A DNA stretch of 64,000 bases from Haliotis rufescens (GCF_023055435.1 NW_025964223.1:51088001-51152000); one strand, 5' to 3'; positions 1 through 11,718 are shown, numbered from the stretch's first letter. Numbers and translations: made by a program. Notes: generated by a model not told the origin, from the sequence alone.

Positions 1-257
1 AGATCCGGAGTAGAATAGGTCTTCAGCAACCCTTGCTTGTAGTAAAAGGCGACTATGCTTGTCGTAAGAGGCGACTAACGGGATCGGGTGGTCAGACTCG
101 CTGACTTGGTTGATGCATGTCATCGTATCCCAATTGCGCGGATCGATGCTCATGATATTAATCACTGGATTGTCTGGTCCAGACTCGATTATTTACAGAC
201 CGCCGTCATCGAGGTGAAAGATCGCTGAGTACGTCGTTAAACAACAAACAAACAAAC
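1..257 (+). mobile_element. SINE-like family A copy (cut by window edge)
   Basis: Matches other family A copies (GTCGTAAGAGGCGACTAACGGGATCGGGTGGTCAG...) and ends in (CAAA)n. Confidence 0.85.
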
Positions 258-332
258 ATCATATTGATACTACAGCTTTCATAATGCCACTTACCGACAC
301 AAATATATCTCTGCAACTGTTCATGTTCACAG

Positions 333-3300
333 AACCCAGATGAAAGTACAGTCACCCCTCCACCAGATGGAGGCAAAGGTTGGTTTATCTTATTGGCGGC
401 CTGTCTTCTACTCTCCGCAAGATCCATATATATTATACTTCAGCCAAACTCATTATCAGTTGCGCAAAGTCCCGAAACAACCACACCAGCAGAAAAGACA
501 TCGAGTGTCAACGGGATCTCAGGTCTGCAGTCTACAACGGCCTTTCCCCATGGATCTCCAGCTCGGGGGGCAGGAGGTAAATATAAGCGACGAATCAGTT
601 ATCACAAGAAATCCCTCGTTGTGCGATGTGGATTATTTCATAAGCACGGAACGCTCCCAAATAGTGATGATAACAGGTGTTCGAGAAAGTCTATCCTGCC
701 CTAACGGTGACACCCGTCCCAAACACAAGCAAGCGCAAGTCAGTTGTTCACCGGAAACAACACACGTGAACATATGGTAAAAGTCAAAATAGGGAATTGC
801 ATAATTTTTGTCACAGATGCGTCAAATTTGGAAATGTCCTCTATATGTCTACCATAAAACAGTTCTTTAATACTAGTATCAGATGTATTCTCATGAATAA
901 TATCATTAATGTAACATATCTTAACTTTTGAATAACACTTTCGTAGTGAAGTACAACTTCGAGTATTTGTTGGGGTGGAATCCCATTTGGACACTCTCAG
1001 CCTAAGGCACCTAATCGCCAGCACACAGTCAGCGGTCAAACCCACTCAGCCACAAAAATGGAAGTCCAAAAACTGATAAATGTAAATTGTCACGGCTCGC
1101 ATAGCCGAATGCTATGAACAGTCTAGTATAGAAAGTGGTCAAATGTAACATATTATATATTTTGGATTACACTTTCTTAGCTAATATCGTTAATTATGGC
1201 TGCTTGGATGTAAGAATTAATTTCTTGTTGACCTATTTATCTATAAATCCGAATATGAATATTTCAAAGTAGTTTTCTGCTTAGTTTTTATCCTGAGGCA
1301 GTCCTATGTGATTTAATTTTATAAGATGGTAAGCAGAGAAATAAAATAACATCATCTACCTTGAAACGACACCTCTCTGCGTTAAGATACAGATCGTGTG
1401 AATATATACGGAAATATAACCCATTATTAATTAGTTGCCGTGAATGTATATGTGCAATGTCAACAAGTTATGTGTCCAATTAATGTGAAATGCCAAGGTC
1501 AATATCAAGGCCATTCATGGTACAGTAAACTACGGTTATAACGAACTCAAAGGGACCACTAACTTTAGTTTGTTATAACCGTAGTTCGTTTTAAGCATAT
1601 ATTCAGCATAACTAAAACAAAAGTCGGGACAAAAAAATCAGTTCGTTATATCCGTCAGTTCGTTATAAGCGTGTTCGTTATAAACGTACTTTACTCTAAG
1701 TGGAAAACGTTATAAGAGTGTATGAAGAACGCGTGACTTTGTTATTTAAGTTAGCTTGACACACTGTTTTGGTTGAAGTCATTCGTGCATTGCATCTGGA
1801 ATGTGACACGAACAATCATTTGATTACATACTAATATATTTAAAAGTGACTTTGGTATCAGTGAAGAAAGGATTCCTGTATGATTCTGAGTGAGTGAGTG
1901 AGTTGGGTGTAACGCCGCTTTGAACAGTTTTCCAGTAAACAGTTATATCGCGGCGTGTCAGCTTCATGTGGAAGGAAAGCCCAAAGTGATTCAGCTCTCA
2001 GACGTTTAACAATTTGGTGAAACCCACGAGCACGGGTATGGTGCTGACAAACCCAGTAACATTCGGGGCGAATCGGGATTCGAACTGTATGATTCTGAAT
2101 TTCTTTCATTCTTACAATGCCTATTTCACTCGATTTTGTAGTTATCTTTATCAAGCCAATGGTCATTTTATTGGCAGGCACATGTTTGATAAAGTAAATA
2201 TTAACCAAAAGTAGACGACTGAAAGTTGTCAGTAAGATATATTGTGCCTGATCTTGAAGCGAGGTGAGGTGAAATCGGGTTTAACGTCGCGTCCAAGATT
2301 ATTGCACTTATATAGCGACGTGCATGTACGTGTGTGTGTTTGTGTGGCTGCTTGTACTTGTCCGGACTGATGCCGATTTATAGTGCTAGCACACTGAGAT
2401 ACCATGCCGCAGTTTAACATGAATACCCCACTCAGACACAGTAAACTGACTCCGAGCCGACCAGTCCTTGTTTTAGCCCCTTAATGCCGAGCGCCATACA
2501 GGGTAACAACAAGTACCATCTTTTAACGTCCTTTGGTATGACGCGGCCGGGGATCTGATTTGGAAGTATCCAAATGTCTCCTCTTTCAGTGCCACCATCT
2601 GCAGGACAGCCACAAGGCGTGGGACTACTAGACAATGTCGAGAAGGTACTGATGGTGACAGAACTGATTCAGTTAATGGACAAGTTCAACGCTGGAGATC
2701 ACACTGTTGTTCCTAACATTACCTCGATCCTGTTTGCACTGAACAAAACCAGCGAGGCAGAACAGTTTCTCGAGGCATTCAGGAAACTCCAGGTCCAGAC
2801 CAGCCCTGTTGTAACCACTGTCATTGCCACGAACAACGTCTTCTCATCAGTATTTGGTAACTATGGAAGAAACACGTATTACTGTAACTTACTACTATGA
2901 ACTTTAGTACTCAATAAGCAGGTGCTTGGTCTCGGAAACCGGTATTCCGAACCTCTCTGTACTGGATCTCTCTGTACTTTCCAGTTTTCACGGTTTTAAA
3001 TTCGCATGAGTACATATGCTATTGAAATTCAACACACCCAAATCTGTAGCAATATCCCGATGGAGGGAGCTAACGAATTAGCGTCAAAAAGTGTTCAAAA
3101 ATATAATATTTGTGACCAACCTGAGATAAAGGATCTTATGGGTGAAAAATCACTTTTTGTCTTATTATTTCATTTTAAAAATACAGCGTCTTCGGAACGC
3201 AAAAATACATTTCAATTTTCAATTTATATTTATTACATAGATACATGGCATCAAACATTTGGACTATTTTCCTGCAAAAACCCATTAATAACTTAAATGT

Positions 3301-6300
3301 TTATGTAATAATTGCAGTTTTTAGATTTAATGTCTGATTAACTATGTATGCTGAAATGTTTTTGAATTATGGTTTTATAACATTTAATTTACGAACTAAC
3401 GAGAGAAAAATAAGATGGTTTTTAACAGTACGCCCTCATGCCAATTTAGTTGACGTCCCTCTTTATGACGTCAGAGCGCAGTCGTTTCCCTTTTCTCCTG
3501 GTGGGTCACATATATAAAGAGTGAGTGAGTGAGTTGGGTTTAACGCCGCTTTTAACATTATTCCAGTTATATCGCGGCGTGTCAGCTTAATGTGGGAGGA
3601 AAGCCCGAAGTGATGCAGGTCTTAGACGTTTACCACTTCGATGAAACCCACGAGCACGGGTATGGTGCTGACAAACCTAGAAACATAATCGGGGTGAACC
3701 GGGATTCGAACCCACAATCATAGGTTTATGGCGTGTCAAGGGGACGCAACTCTGCACAGCGAATCGCGGCGCCTTAGACGACTGGGCCACCCGTGCCCCC
3801 ACATATATATATAAAGAAGATATTGATGACAATTTCCTTACATATGCGTCACACTAGGATTTGTAAGATTTATTGCAAATTAAACATCTTAACGAATACA
3901 CGGGGAACTGTTAACGTTACGGCTCTCAAACAATGCATCGGATATGTCACGCCTGCTTTTAATTAAGATGGTCGCAGTAATTGGAATGCTGAAAATGAAC
4001 GGCAAATATGTCACTGTAAAGAATAAAGATACTTCCCTCTTCCGAAAGATTTATGTGGTGTAAGAAGTTTTTTTTGTCATTTACTCGATCCGATCAACGG
4101 TGTTTCGGAAAAATAATCAGGCAGTATTATAGGAGCCAAAGAGAAAGCAATGGCCCATGTGATAAATATACTACTCAAAACAAGTTAAGGATCACACGAT
4201 TCTTTCATATTGGTAATGTTAATCTGTCATGGCACGAGAGATTAACTATTGTAATATGAAATAATCAGGTGATCCTTAACTTCTTTTGAGTAGTATATAA
4301 GGTTTTACCTGATGAAAGCACGACCATCACACTTCTTAATAGACATTTTCTCCTATAGGTGTGTTCAGCAGTACACTGGTAATGCTATTTGGTTATCGTT
4401 GCACGGCGGTGGCGGGAAGTCTAGTCATTGGATGTGGGATATTGGGTACATACTTCTGTGATCACTCGAACATCGCTCTAGTTGCGTTCCTGTATGGTGT
4501 TCTGACAGGTATGTTTCCTTACACTATCTGCTGAAAACAGTAGTCTTGTCTATGGACATATTTAATACTTCACGGATTTGTATATATATTACCTCAAGCA
4601 ACCCGGAAAACCACAAGTGTCACAGACACTTTGTTTCAAATATAAGGCAACAGTAGGGTTCGCACAAAATGCATAGATGGAATAGGGTTAAGTTGACTTT
4701 GGTCAGTTATATGCGGTCGCATTTCACTGCATGACATAAGACCCGTGAAGATACGGGGTTGAATAGATCTTCAGCAACCCATGCTTGCCGTAAAAGGCGA
4801 CTATGCTTGTCATAAGAGGCGACTAACGGGGTCGGGTGACTTGGTTGATGCATGTCATCGTATCCCAATTGCGTGGATCGATGCTCAAGATATTATTCAC
4901 TGGATTGTCTGGTCCACACTCGATTATTTACAGACCGCCGTCATATAGCTGGAATATTGCCGAGTGCGGCTTTAAACAACAAACCAACCAACCAACTTGA
5001 CAAACTTTTGATTCGCGCCACTATTACAACACATATGTAGTGTAGTCACGGGTGTTGGAAGCCGTCAGTATTGCTGAATGCGGCGTTTAACAACACACAA
5101 TGAGGGACGCAGGGCATACAACCCCGTGAAGTATTGACAATGATATTTAATGAACCAGTCGTGTATTTAGCACTGGACCTTTTTAAAAAAATTTAGTCAT
5201 TTTCCCTATTTGTAACCAGTGGATACACCAGAATGAACATCAAGTACAGTCCCCTCCATTATAACCATAATGTTGTCATACGATTGACTCTCTAACTCTT
5301 CGTAAAATCGCAAAAATACATATTTCTGACCTTGATAAGTTGTAATACCAATTGAGGCGTCTGATTTGTTTGTGTGTTGTTTAACGCCGCACTCAGCAAT
5401 ATTCCAGCTATAAAAGAGTCTGGACCAGACAATCCACTGATTGACATCATGAGCATCGGCCCACGCAATTGGGATACGATGACATGTATTAACAAAGTCA
5501 GCGAGCCTGATCACCCACTCCCGTTAGTCTCCTCTTACGACAAGCATAGTCGCCTCTTATTGCAAGAATGGGCTGCTGAAGACCTTTTCAAACCTGGATC
5601 TGTGGCGTCTGAGACAATATGGATACGATTGCAATCTTTCAGCTAGAGGCATTTGGAGCGGCTCGATTGGGTTAAAGATGTTTTCTTTTCTTTCGTGGAA
5701 TGCTGCATTGATGACCATATGCATCATTACAGCAAAGTCGGCATTGCTGAATATCCACTTCTGGTGGTCGCTTCAGTGTATTAATGGCATACATCCAGGT
5801 GATATTGAGGCAGTTCCTTCATAGAATAAGCGTCACGCGAATAATATGTTCAACTTAAATAAAAGCGACAAAACACTTTCCATGTTCACGAGAAATCTCT
5901 GCCAAGAGCAGAGTCGATTGTACGGTTCCTACCCCATCATGAGCATGTGTCTATGAATCAGTATTTAATAGTTTTGGAACGTTCCGAATGTTTTGTCTAT
6001 TAAAGGGACTGTTTTCACGTAGCGTCGTGCGCCGACTCGTGCCTTCCCACGCGGTGACTCGTAGAGGAACAAAGATGGCGTCGGAGACAGAAGCAACGCT
6101 GTTTACGTGAAGCCAATGCCACATTTTGTTTGATAGCATGCAACCCATCAAGATATATCTACACAAACTATTGATTGAAATGTGGAATATTTTCTTCATA
6201 TTGGGATGTATTTTGACGTGTGTGTGAATTCATAGTTCTACTAATGGTGCTGTATGTGGTAGTGTATAAAGCATTGTATTTTGGAAAAGGTTTGCCACAA

Positions 6301-9300
6301 TCGTCATTTAAATGTTGAAAGGAACGTAGTCACACAATGGAGAAACAACACCCCTTCCCACAAGTATACACGTCGGGCATCATGTGTGTCGGGGTACAGG
6401 TGGGTTGGGGTGCGGTGAATTCGTAGACACCTTCAATCCTCCATTTTATGTGAAACGTTTGCGTAAAATAAGGCGCTTATATGGCGAAACGTTATTCAAT
6501 AACGTTACAGCAAAACAGGACGTTCATTAAGCGAATCAAACGCTTTTCAGAAACGGTACAAAAAGTTTTACTCTATTTGAAGCAAAATGTTAGAGTATCC
6601 TACCTCACCAATGGCGCCCGTCACAAACAAGATAATTGGGCAAGATAATTGTTCACTTGAATCGGGAACATTTGTTACAAGTCGAAATAGAGAATTGTAT
6701 CGAAAACCATTTTTGTTCCTGATGTGTAACTTGTGAACTGGATATCATTATCTTTTTTATGACAGGCATTGGACAGAGCATGATCAACGTCTCTGGTCTT
6801 TCGGCCGTTCTGGAGTATTTCAAACGAAAACGGGTTATTGCTCTGATACTGTTGAGTATTGGAAATTTGCTAATGACTCTCTTGGCTGTGCTCCTAATGG
6901 TACTTGTCTTCCCATCTGTGGGTATGGACAACAGCAGATCGTATTTCATCATGCAGTTTGTAATCACTGGCCTCCTCGTCCCAATCAGCTTGATGCTGAA
7001 GCCACTGAACCTAAGGATGAAAGGCTCTGCCGGTAGAAGTCTCATCTCAAGACAGATGGGAATTAAATGTTTTGTGGTCTACAAGAATCCAGCTCTTTAT
7101 ACAGTCACTCTAGCATTTTTCTTCTGGGAAGCAGGTAACATATAACCTGTGTAGATGCATGAGGAGAAAATATGTAGAATTTGATACGGGAAATAGAGAA
7201 TGAGCTTTGACTGTTCATGGGATGAAACATGACTCCTCTAGAGAACAAGAGGACCCTTACACATGCTACACCAAGCCCTATTAAAAATCACATATTCATA
7301 TTCTTATTAGCATCAGAAATATGCAGTCGCTGGTAAGCGTGAATGTAGGTTGGGGTTATCCCCGCTTTGCACAGTATTCCAATAATATCTTGCTGTAGGT
7401 GAAGATATGAGATCAATACAAACCATAATAATGTCATTATGATACTGACAGATTTAGACACTGAGGCAACCAGCAAATGCAAATTAAACCACTGGGCTAT
7501 CCGACCCGTGAAGATCCGGGATAGAATAGGTCTTCAGTAACCCATGCTTGCCGTAAAAGGCGACTATGCTTGTCGTAAAAGGCGACTAACGGGATCGGGT
7601 GGTCACACTCGCTGACTTGGTTGATACATGTCATCGATCTCAATTGCGTGAATCGATGCTCATGATGTCAGTCTCTGGATATTGTGGTTTTAGACTCGTT
7701 TATTTTGCAGACCGCCGTCATAAAGCTGGAACATTGCTTAGTGCGGCGTTAAACAACAAACAAACAAACTCTGGGCTATCCTCGTCCTACGTAATAAAAG
7801 ACGAATAGCATATATTATTTGAGTTCATAAATTTGAAAACGTCATTTGATTACATACATGTGTATGTTTTATAATTTCTTGTCGAATGTTTTTATATATG
7901 GTTTCAAGGTTTCGCCATCATCAACAAGAAGCTGCCTGGCTTTAAAGGGTTGATATCCATCCCTAATATGCCCGATGGAATGCTGCTGACCCTAATTCTA
8001 AGCGTCGCATTGATGTTGGGCATTGGGATCGCATGCTTCTTCATCAAGACCACCCGGCTCAGGACGACCATCATCATATTCTGTGTAAACTGCGTCATCA
8101 TCTGTTTCTTCAGTGTCCTGGCTAGTCAGTTGTACAAGGAGATCTACGCTACTGTGTATTCCGCAGTGGTCGGTCTGTTCAAGGGTGAGAATATATGCAA
8201 GTATATACATGTATCTACCCACGCGTAGTGTTCAGTGGTAGGAGTGGGGTGGTATCTTGTGATATTGTAGAGGTCTAGGAACTTAGTTGTACAAGGAGAT
8301 CTACGCTACTGTGTATTCCGCAGTGGTCGGTCTGTTCAAGGGTGAGAATATATACAAGTATATACATGTATCTACCCACGCGTAGTGTTCAATGGTAGGA
8401 GTGGGGTGGTATCTTGTGATATTGTAGAGGTCTTAGAACTTAGTTGTACAAGGAGATCTACGCTACTGTGTATTCCGCAGTGGTCGGTCTGTTCAAGGGT
8501 GAGAATATATACAAGTATATACATGTATCTACCCACGCGTAGTGTTCAATGGTAGGAGTGGGGTGGTATCTTGTGATATTGTAGAGGTCTTGGAACTTAG
8601 TTGTACAAGGAGATCTACGCTACTGTGTATTCCGCAGTGGTCGGTCTGTTCAAGGGTGAGAATATATGCAAGTATATACATGTATCTACCCACGCGTATT
8701 GGTCAGTGGTAGGAGTGGGGTGGTATCTTGTGATATTGTAGAGGTCTTGGAACTTAAGGTGAGGTGAGGTGAAATGGGGTTTAACGTCGCGTCCAAGATT
8801 ATTGCACTTATATAGCGACGTGCATGCATGTGTATGTGTGTGTGTGTGGCTGCTTGTACTAGTCCGTGCTGATGCCGATTTATAGTGCTAGCACACTAAG
8901 ATACCATGCCGCAGTTTAACATAATATACTGTCTCCGAGCCGAGCAGTCCTTGTTTTAGCTCCTTAATCCCTTAATGCCGAGCGCGAGACAGGGTAACAA
9001 CAAGTACCATCTTTTAACTTCTTTTGGTATGACGCGGCTGGGGATCGAACCCCGGACCTTCCGCTCTCCGGGCGGACGCTCTACCATTAGACCACGGTGG
9101 CGGTCGTCTTGGAACTAAGTCGAGCGTAACTAATCTTCAATCCATGAGAATATGACATGCCATTCATGCTGCCATTCTGTAACGACGCTGGAAAAAGATT
9201 GAAATATTGTTAAACTGCCCAAATAATAATACTTATATGCATAATTAAAAAACAATAAACATTTATTCCACGTCCCTCCTCATTGCACGAGTCATGGGTT

Positions 9301-11343
9301 AATGACCCTCGACTCCCATAGCAGTGATATACTCAGATCATATATCCAAGTTGCATTTTACAGTCGAGAACTGCAAAATCTCTTCTCTTTTCAAGGGTTT
9401 ACAGATCCGGTGATGCTGTTCACCGTCCCCGTGTTTGTTGGGGAAACCAACGTGGCCATCGGCATTGGCATGGTAACAGTGGGACAGGGCCTTGGATCAT
9501 TCATCCTGCCTTACCTTGCAGGTTGGTGTAAGCAAAAAAGGCCACTGAACATTTGTGTTTACTGTAAAATACGCTTAAATATTTACCTTTATTTAACGTC
9601 ATCCAGTGCAAATAGAACCACGTCCCTCCATGTACAGAGGGTTAGCCTTGTGATTAAAGCGTTGGCTCGTCACGCCGAGGACCCGGGTTTGATTCTCGAC
9701 ATGTGTTCAATGAGGCCTATTTTTTGTTCTTGGTATCATTTGAGAATTGCTTGAAGCTGATTTCACACCTGACTCACTTTGTTTTCAGATAATAAACCGC
9801 CTAGGACGTTGACAATATAACATGATCTCGTTCAGTAGTCAGGAATTTGTTATCACTACCCTCTTCCCACTTCATATTGGTTTGTTAGATCAGTATGAAT
9901 TATAAAACCCTGAGGTAACCTCGCATACATACTACCAGTACATGTATGTCATCGACGTCTTTGGTGTGATTATTGTGATATCTCTGCCTTGGTGAAATAC
10001 CTTCTATTACGAATTCTGACCCCCTCACATCATGTGCAAAACAAACGGATTTCAAATTAATATATTGACATTCATCAATCAATGGCGTGTCAGTTTAATG
10101 TAGGAGGAAAGCACAAAGGGATGCAGATCTTAGACGTTTACCACTTCGGTGAAACCCACGAGCACGTGTATGGTACTGGCAAACCTAGAAACATAATCGG
10201 GGCGAACGGGTATTCGAACCCACGATCATAGGTTTCTGGCGTGCCCAAGGGACGCAACTATGCACAGCGAATTGCGGTGCCTGAGACGACTGGGCCACCT
10301 GTGCTCCTCTTTATATTTATGTGGCATTTATGAATCTTTGGTAACAAGAAGTCAGAAATACTTGACATCAATTTATGGTATTCTTTGAAAGCGGCGTTTC
10401 GGAACAGCGGCGTTTCGGAACAGATGCTGGTGCTTTTACCAAACAAATAATCAATATCTGAGTTGGACATGGTTATGTAGCTAAAAATCAAATACACGGA
10501 AATTAGAAAAAAACACAAACTAAAAAGGGTGACAAAATGGTGATAGAGGAGGCTTGTAACAGCAAGGAGGCTGATGTACTCTCTAGTATAACCCCATGAG
10601 GATTCTGTGACAGAACATGGCCATGAACATACTGCTTGTCGTAAGAGGCGAGTCAAGATGATGGGGGCGTCGTTTTCGTGTCATTATGCCCTGAGGAGAC
10701 AATTGCTCATGCTGTCAGACACTCGTTGATTTGACACATACATGATTATATGCAGGCCCTCGTCAGAACTCTGGTATAATCCAAACTGAATTGATAACAA
10801 GAATCACTTACTCATTCATTACTCCGACACGGGCGATCCGCTCCCCTCCCACGTCTCCACCCTTCCTCCCAAATACTGTAAGCCTGATGTTCAAAAACAA
10901 AGCAGCCCTTGCCCTGAAATCGTTTATTGCAGTAAGGTCCAACTTACAAAATGCCATTATGACAGTCGTCCACTTCTGTATATGCTTACATCTCACGGTA
11001 AATTGTATACCATTATTTTTTATCAGATGAGATCGACAGAAGAACAAAGAAACTCGACCTGTGTTTCTATCTGGTGGGCGGTTTGTATCTGTTGGCTTCT
11101 GCAGCTATGCTTCTGACCTACGTCTTACACAAACGGGCAAAGGTTGAAGATTCAACTGCAAGGAAATCTGATGAAAAGGTCGAGGACCATCAACAACCAA
11201 CCAGCTCTCCAACCGAAATCAAAGATGGAGACACATCCTCTCATGAAAAGGGTAATGAACCGTCCCCTTCAAATAATCATGCAGAGGACGCGAATTTACA
11301 AATATTTACCGTATACAATTCGGACATTGAACAAGAGAGATAA
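333..11343 (+). CDS. SLC16/monocarboxylate-transporter-like MFS protein, copy A (5'-partial, 7 exons in window, 582 aa visible)
   Basis: Exons 333-576, 2590-2856, 4359-4508, 6766-7134, 7909-8184, 9396-9521, 11027-11343. All introns are GT-AG and phase 1; total 1749 nt in frame to TAA. Shows the SLC16 N-terminal motif PPPDGGKGW, the TM2-3 loop LFGYRCTAVAGS, the TM4-5 motif YFKRKRVIAL and about 12 hydrophobic segments. In-frame stop at 282-284 and no ATG before 333, so the start exon is upstream of the window. Confidence 0.88.
690..875 (-). mobile_element. Penelope-like element 3' fragment
   Basis: Minus-strand FYGRHIEDISKFDASVTKIMQFP matches FSGRHVEVIFKCKAPVTKMMQFP of the element at 35620-36500; the flanking GCACCCGTC-type motif is also shared. 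Confidence 0.55.
1523..1696. mobile_element. MITE, Tc1/mariner-pogo type
   Basis: TA-flanked, imperfect TIRs CAGTAAACTACGGTTATAACGAAC / GTTCGTTATAAACGTACTTTACTC, with internal GTTCGTTATA subrepeats. Confidence 0.65.
1888..2095 (-). mobile_element. SINE family D copy (5'-truncated)
   Basis: (GAGT)n tail on + and body matching 3518-3800. Confidence 0.75.
2261..2556 (-). mobile_element. SINE family C copy (5'-truncated)
   Basis: (GAGGT)n tail on + and body matching 8757-9105; ends about 33 bp before exon 2590. Confidence 0.85.
3518..3800 (-). mobile_element. SINE family D, full length (tRNA-like head, V-domain-like core)
   Basis: Minus strand: A box TGGCCCAGTCG, B box GGTTCGAATCC, core CTTTCCTCCCAC, (ACTC)n tail; flanked by a CACATATA..TAAAGA target-site duplication. 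Confidence 0.88.
4171..4293. mobile_element. Fold-back MITE (about 123 bp), TA-flanked
   Basis: TIR CTACTCAAAACAAGTTAAGGATCAC / GTGATCCTTAACTTCTTTTGAGTAG; second copy at 59736-59857. Confidence 0.8.
4740..4996 (+). mobile_element. SINE-like family A copy
   Basis: Starts GACCCGTGAAG and ends (CAAC)n; small internal deletion. Confidence 0.85.
5364..5602 (-). mobile_element. SINE-like family A copy (diverged)
   Basis: Reverse complement of the family A body and tail. Confidence 0.75.
7503..7770 (+). mobile_element. SINE-like family A, full length
   Basis: GACCCGTGAAG start; TSD CTGGGCTATCC at 7492-7502 and 7771-7781. Confidence 0.9.
8128..8755 (+). repeat. 4 x 157-bp tandem repeat spanning the exon 5 / intron 5 junction of copy A
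   Basis: Units start at 8128, 8285, 8442 and 8599; each holds the last 57 nt of the exon and the GTGAG donor. Confidence 0.95.
8757..9105 (-). mobile_element. SINE family C, full length (tRNA-derived head, Meta/RUDI-like core)
   Basis: Minus strand: TGGTCTAATGG A box, GGTTCGATCCCC B box, core GTCATACCAAAAGAAGTTAAAAGATGGTACTTG; TSD GTCTTGGAACT(T)AAG. The core assignment is from recalled similarity and is unverified. Confidence 0.85.
10085..10305 (-). mobile_element. SINE family D copy (tail missing)
   Basis: Matches the head and core of 3518-3800. Confidence 0.8.
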
Positions 11344-11611
11344 AGAGGTCATATGCCACGGAAAAGAACCAACGTTTGCTTGAGCTAAAGCATGTTTGCT
11401 TCACTAGTGTTTAACATAATTTTTGTGTGTCAAATTGTGTTACTGTGGTTTGACTAGGGAATGTCACAAAACAATACCAATTCCATCAGACTGTGAAAAA
11501 AACATGTTTCCCAGGTGAGTCACAAGTACAGTCAAGTCTAACGGATCATTACACAGAGGAGTTAAATGCACTGTGTAAACATGATCACGAGCTTGTGTGG
11601 AACTTATACCG

Positions 11612-11718
11612 GGCCCGCTTGCACAAAGCGATCTTAGTGCTACGACTATTGTAAGCCTATGTAAAAATATTGGAGTTACGATCATCTTAGCGCTAAGATC
11701 GCCTTGTGCAAGTGGGTC
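11612..11718. mobile_element. Palindromic MITE, PIF/Harbinger-like
   Basis: TIR GGCCCGCTTGCACAAAGCGATCTTAG; another copy at 20270-20376, partial copies near 37640-37690 and 48575-48640. Confidence 0.7.

Noticed and set aside
340-780. 146-aa ORF
   Set aside because: Wrong frame; the coding frame here is the PDGGKGW exon 333-576 and the rest is intron and PLE fragment.
7503-7640. Canonical HDV-like, hammerhead or pistol ribozyme in the family A head
   Set aside because: P3/L3 spacing and catalytic-core consensus could not be fitted by hand; kept only as an unclassified structured-RNA candidate.
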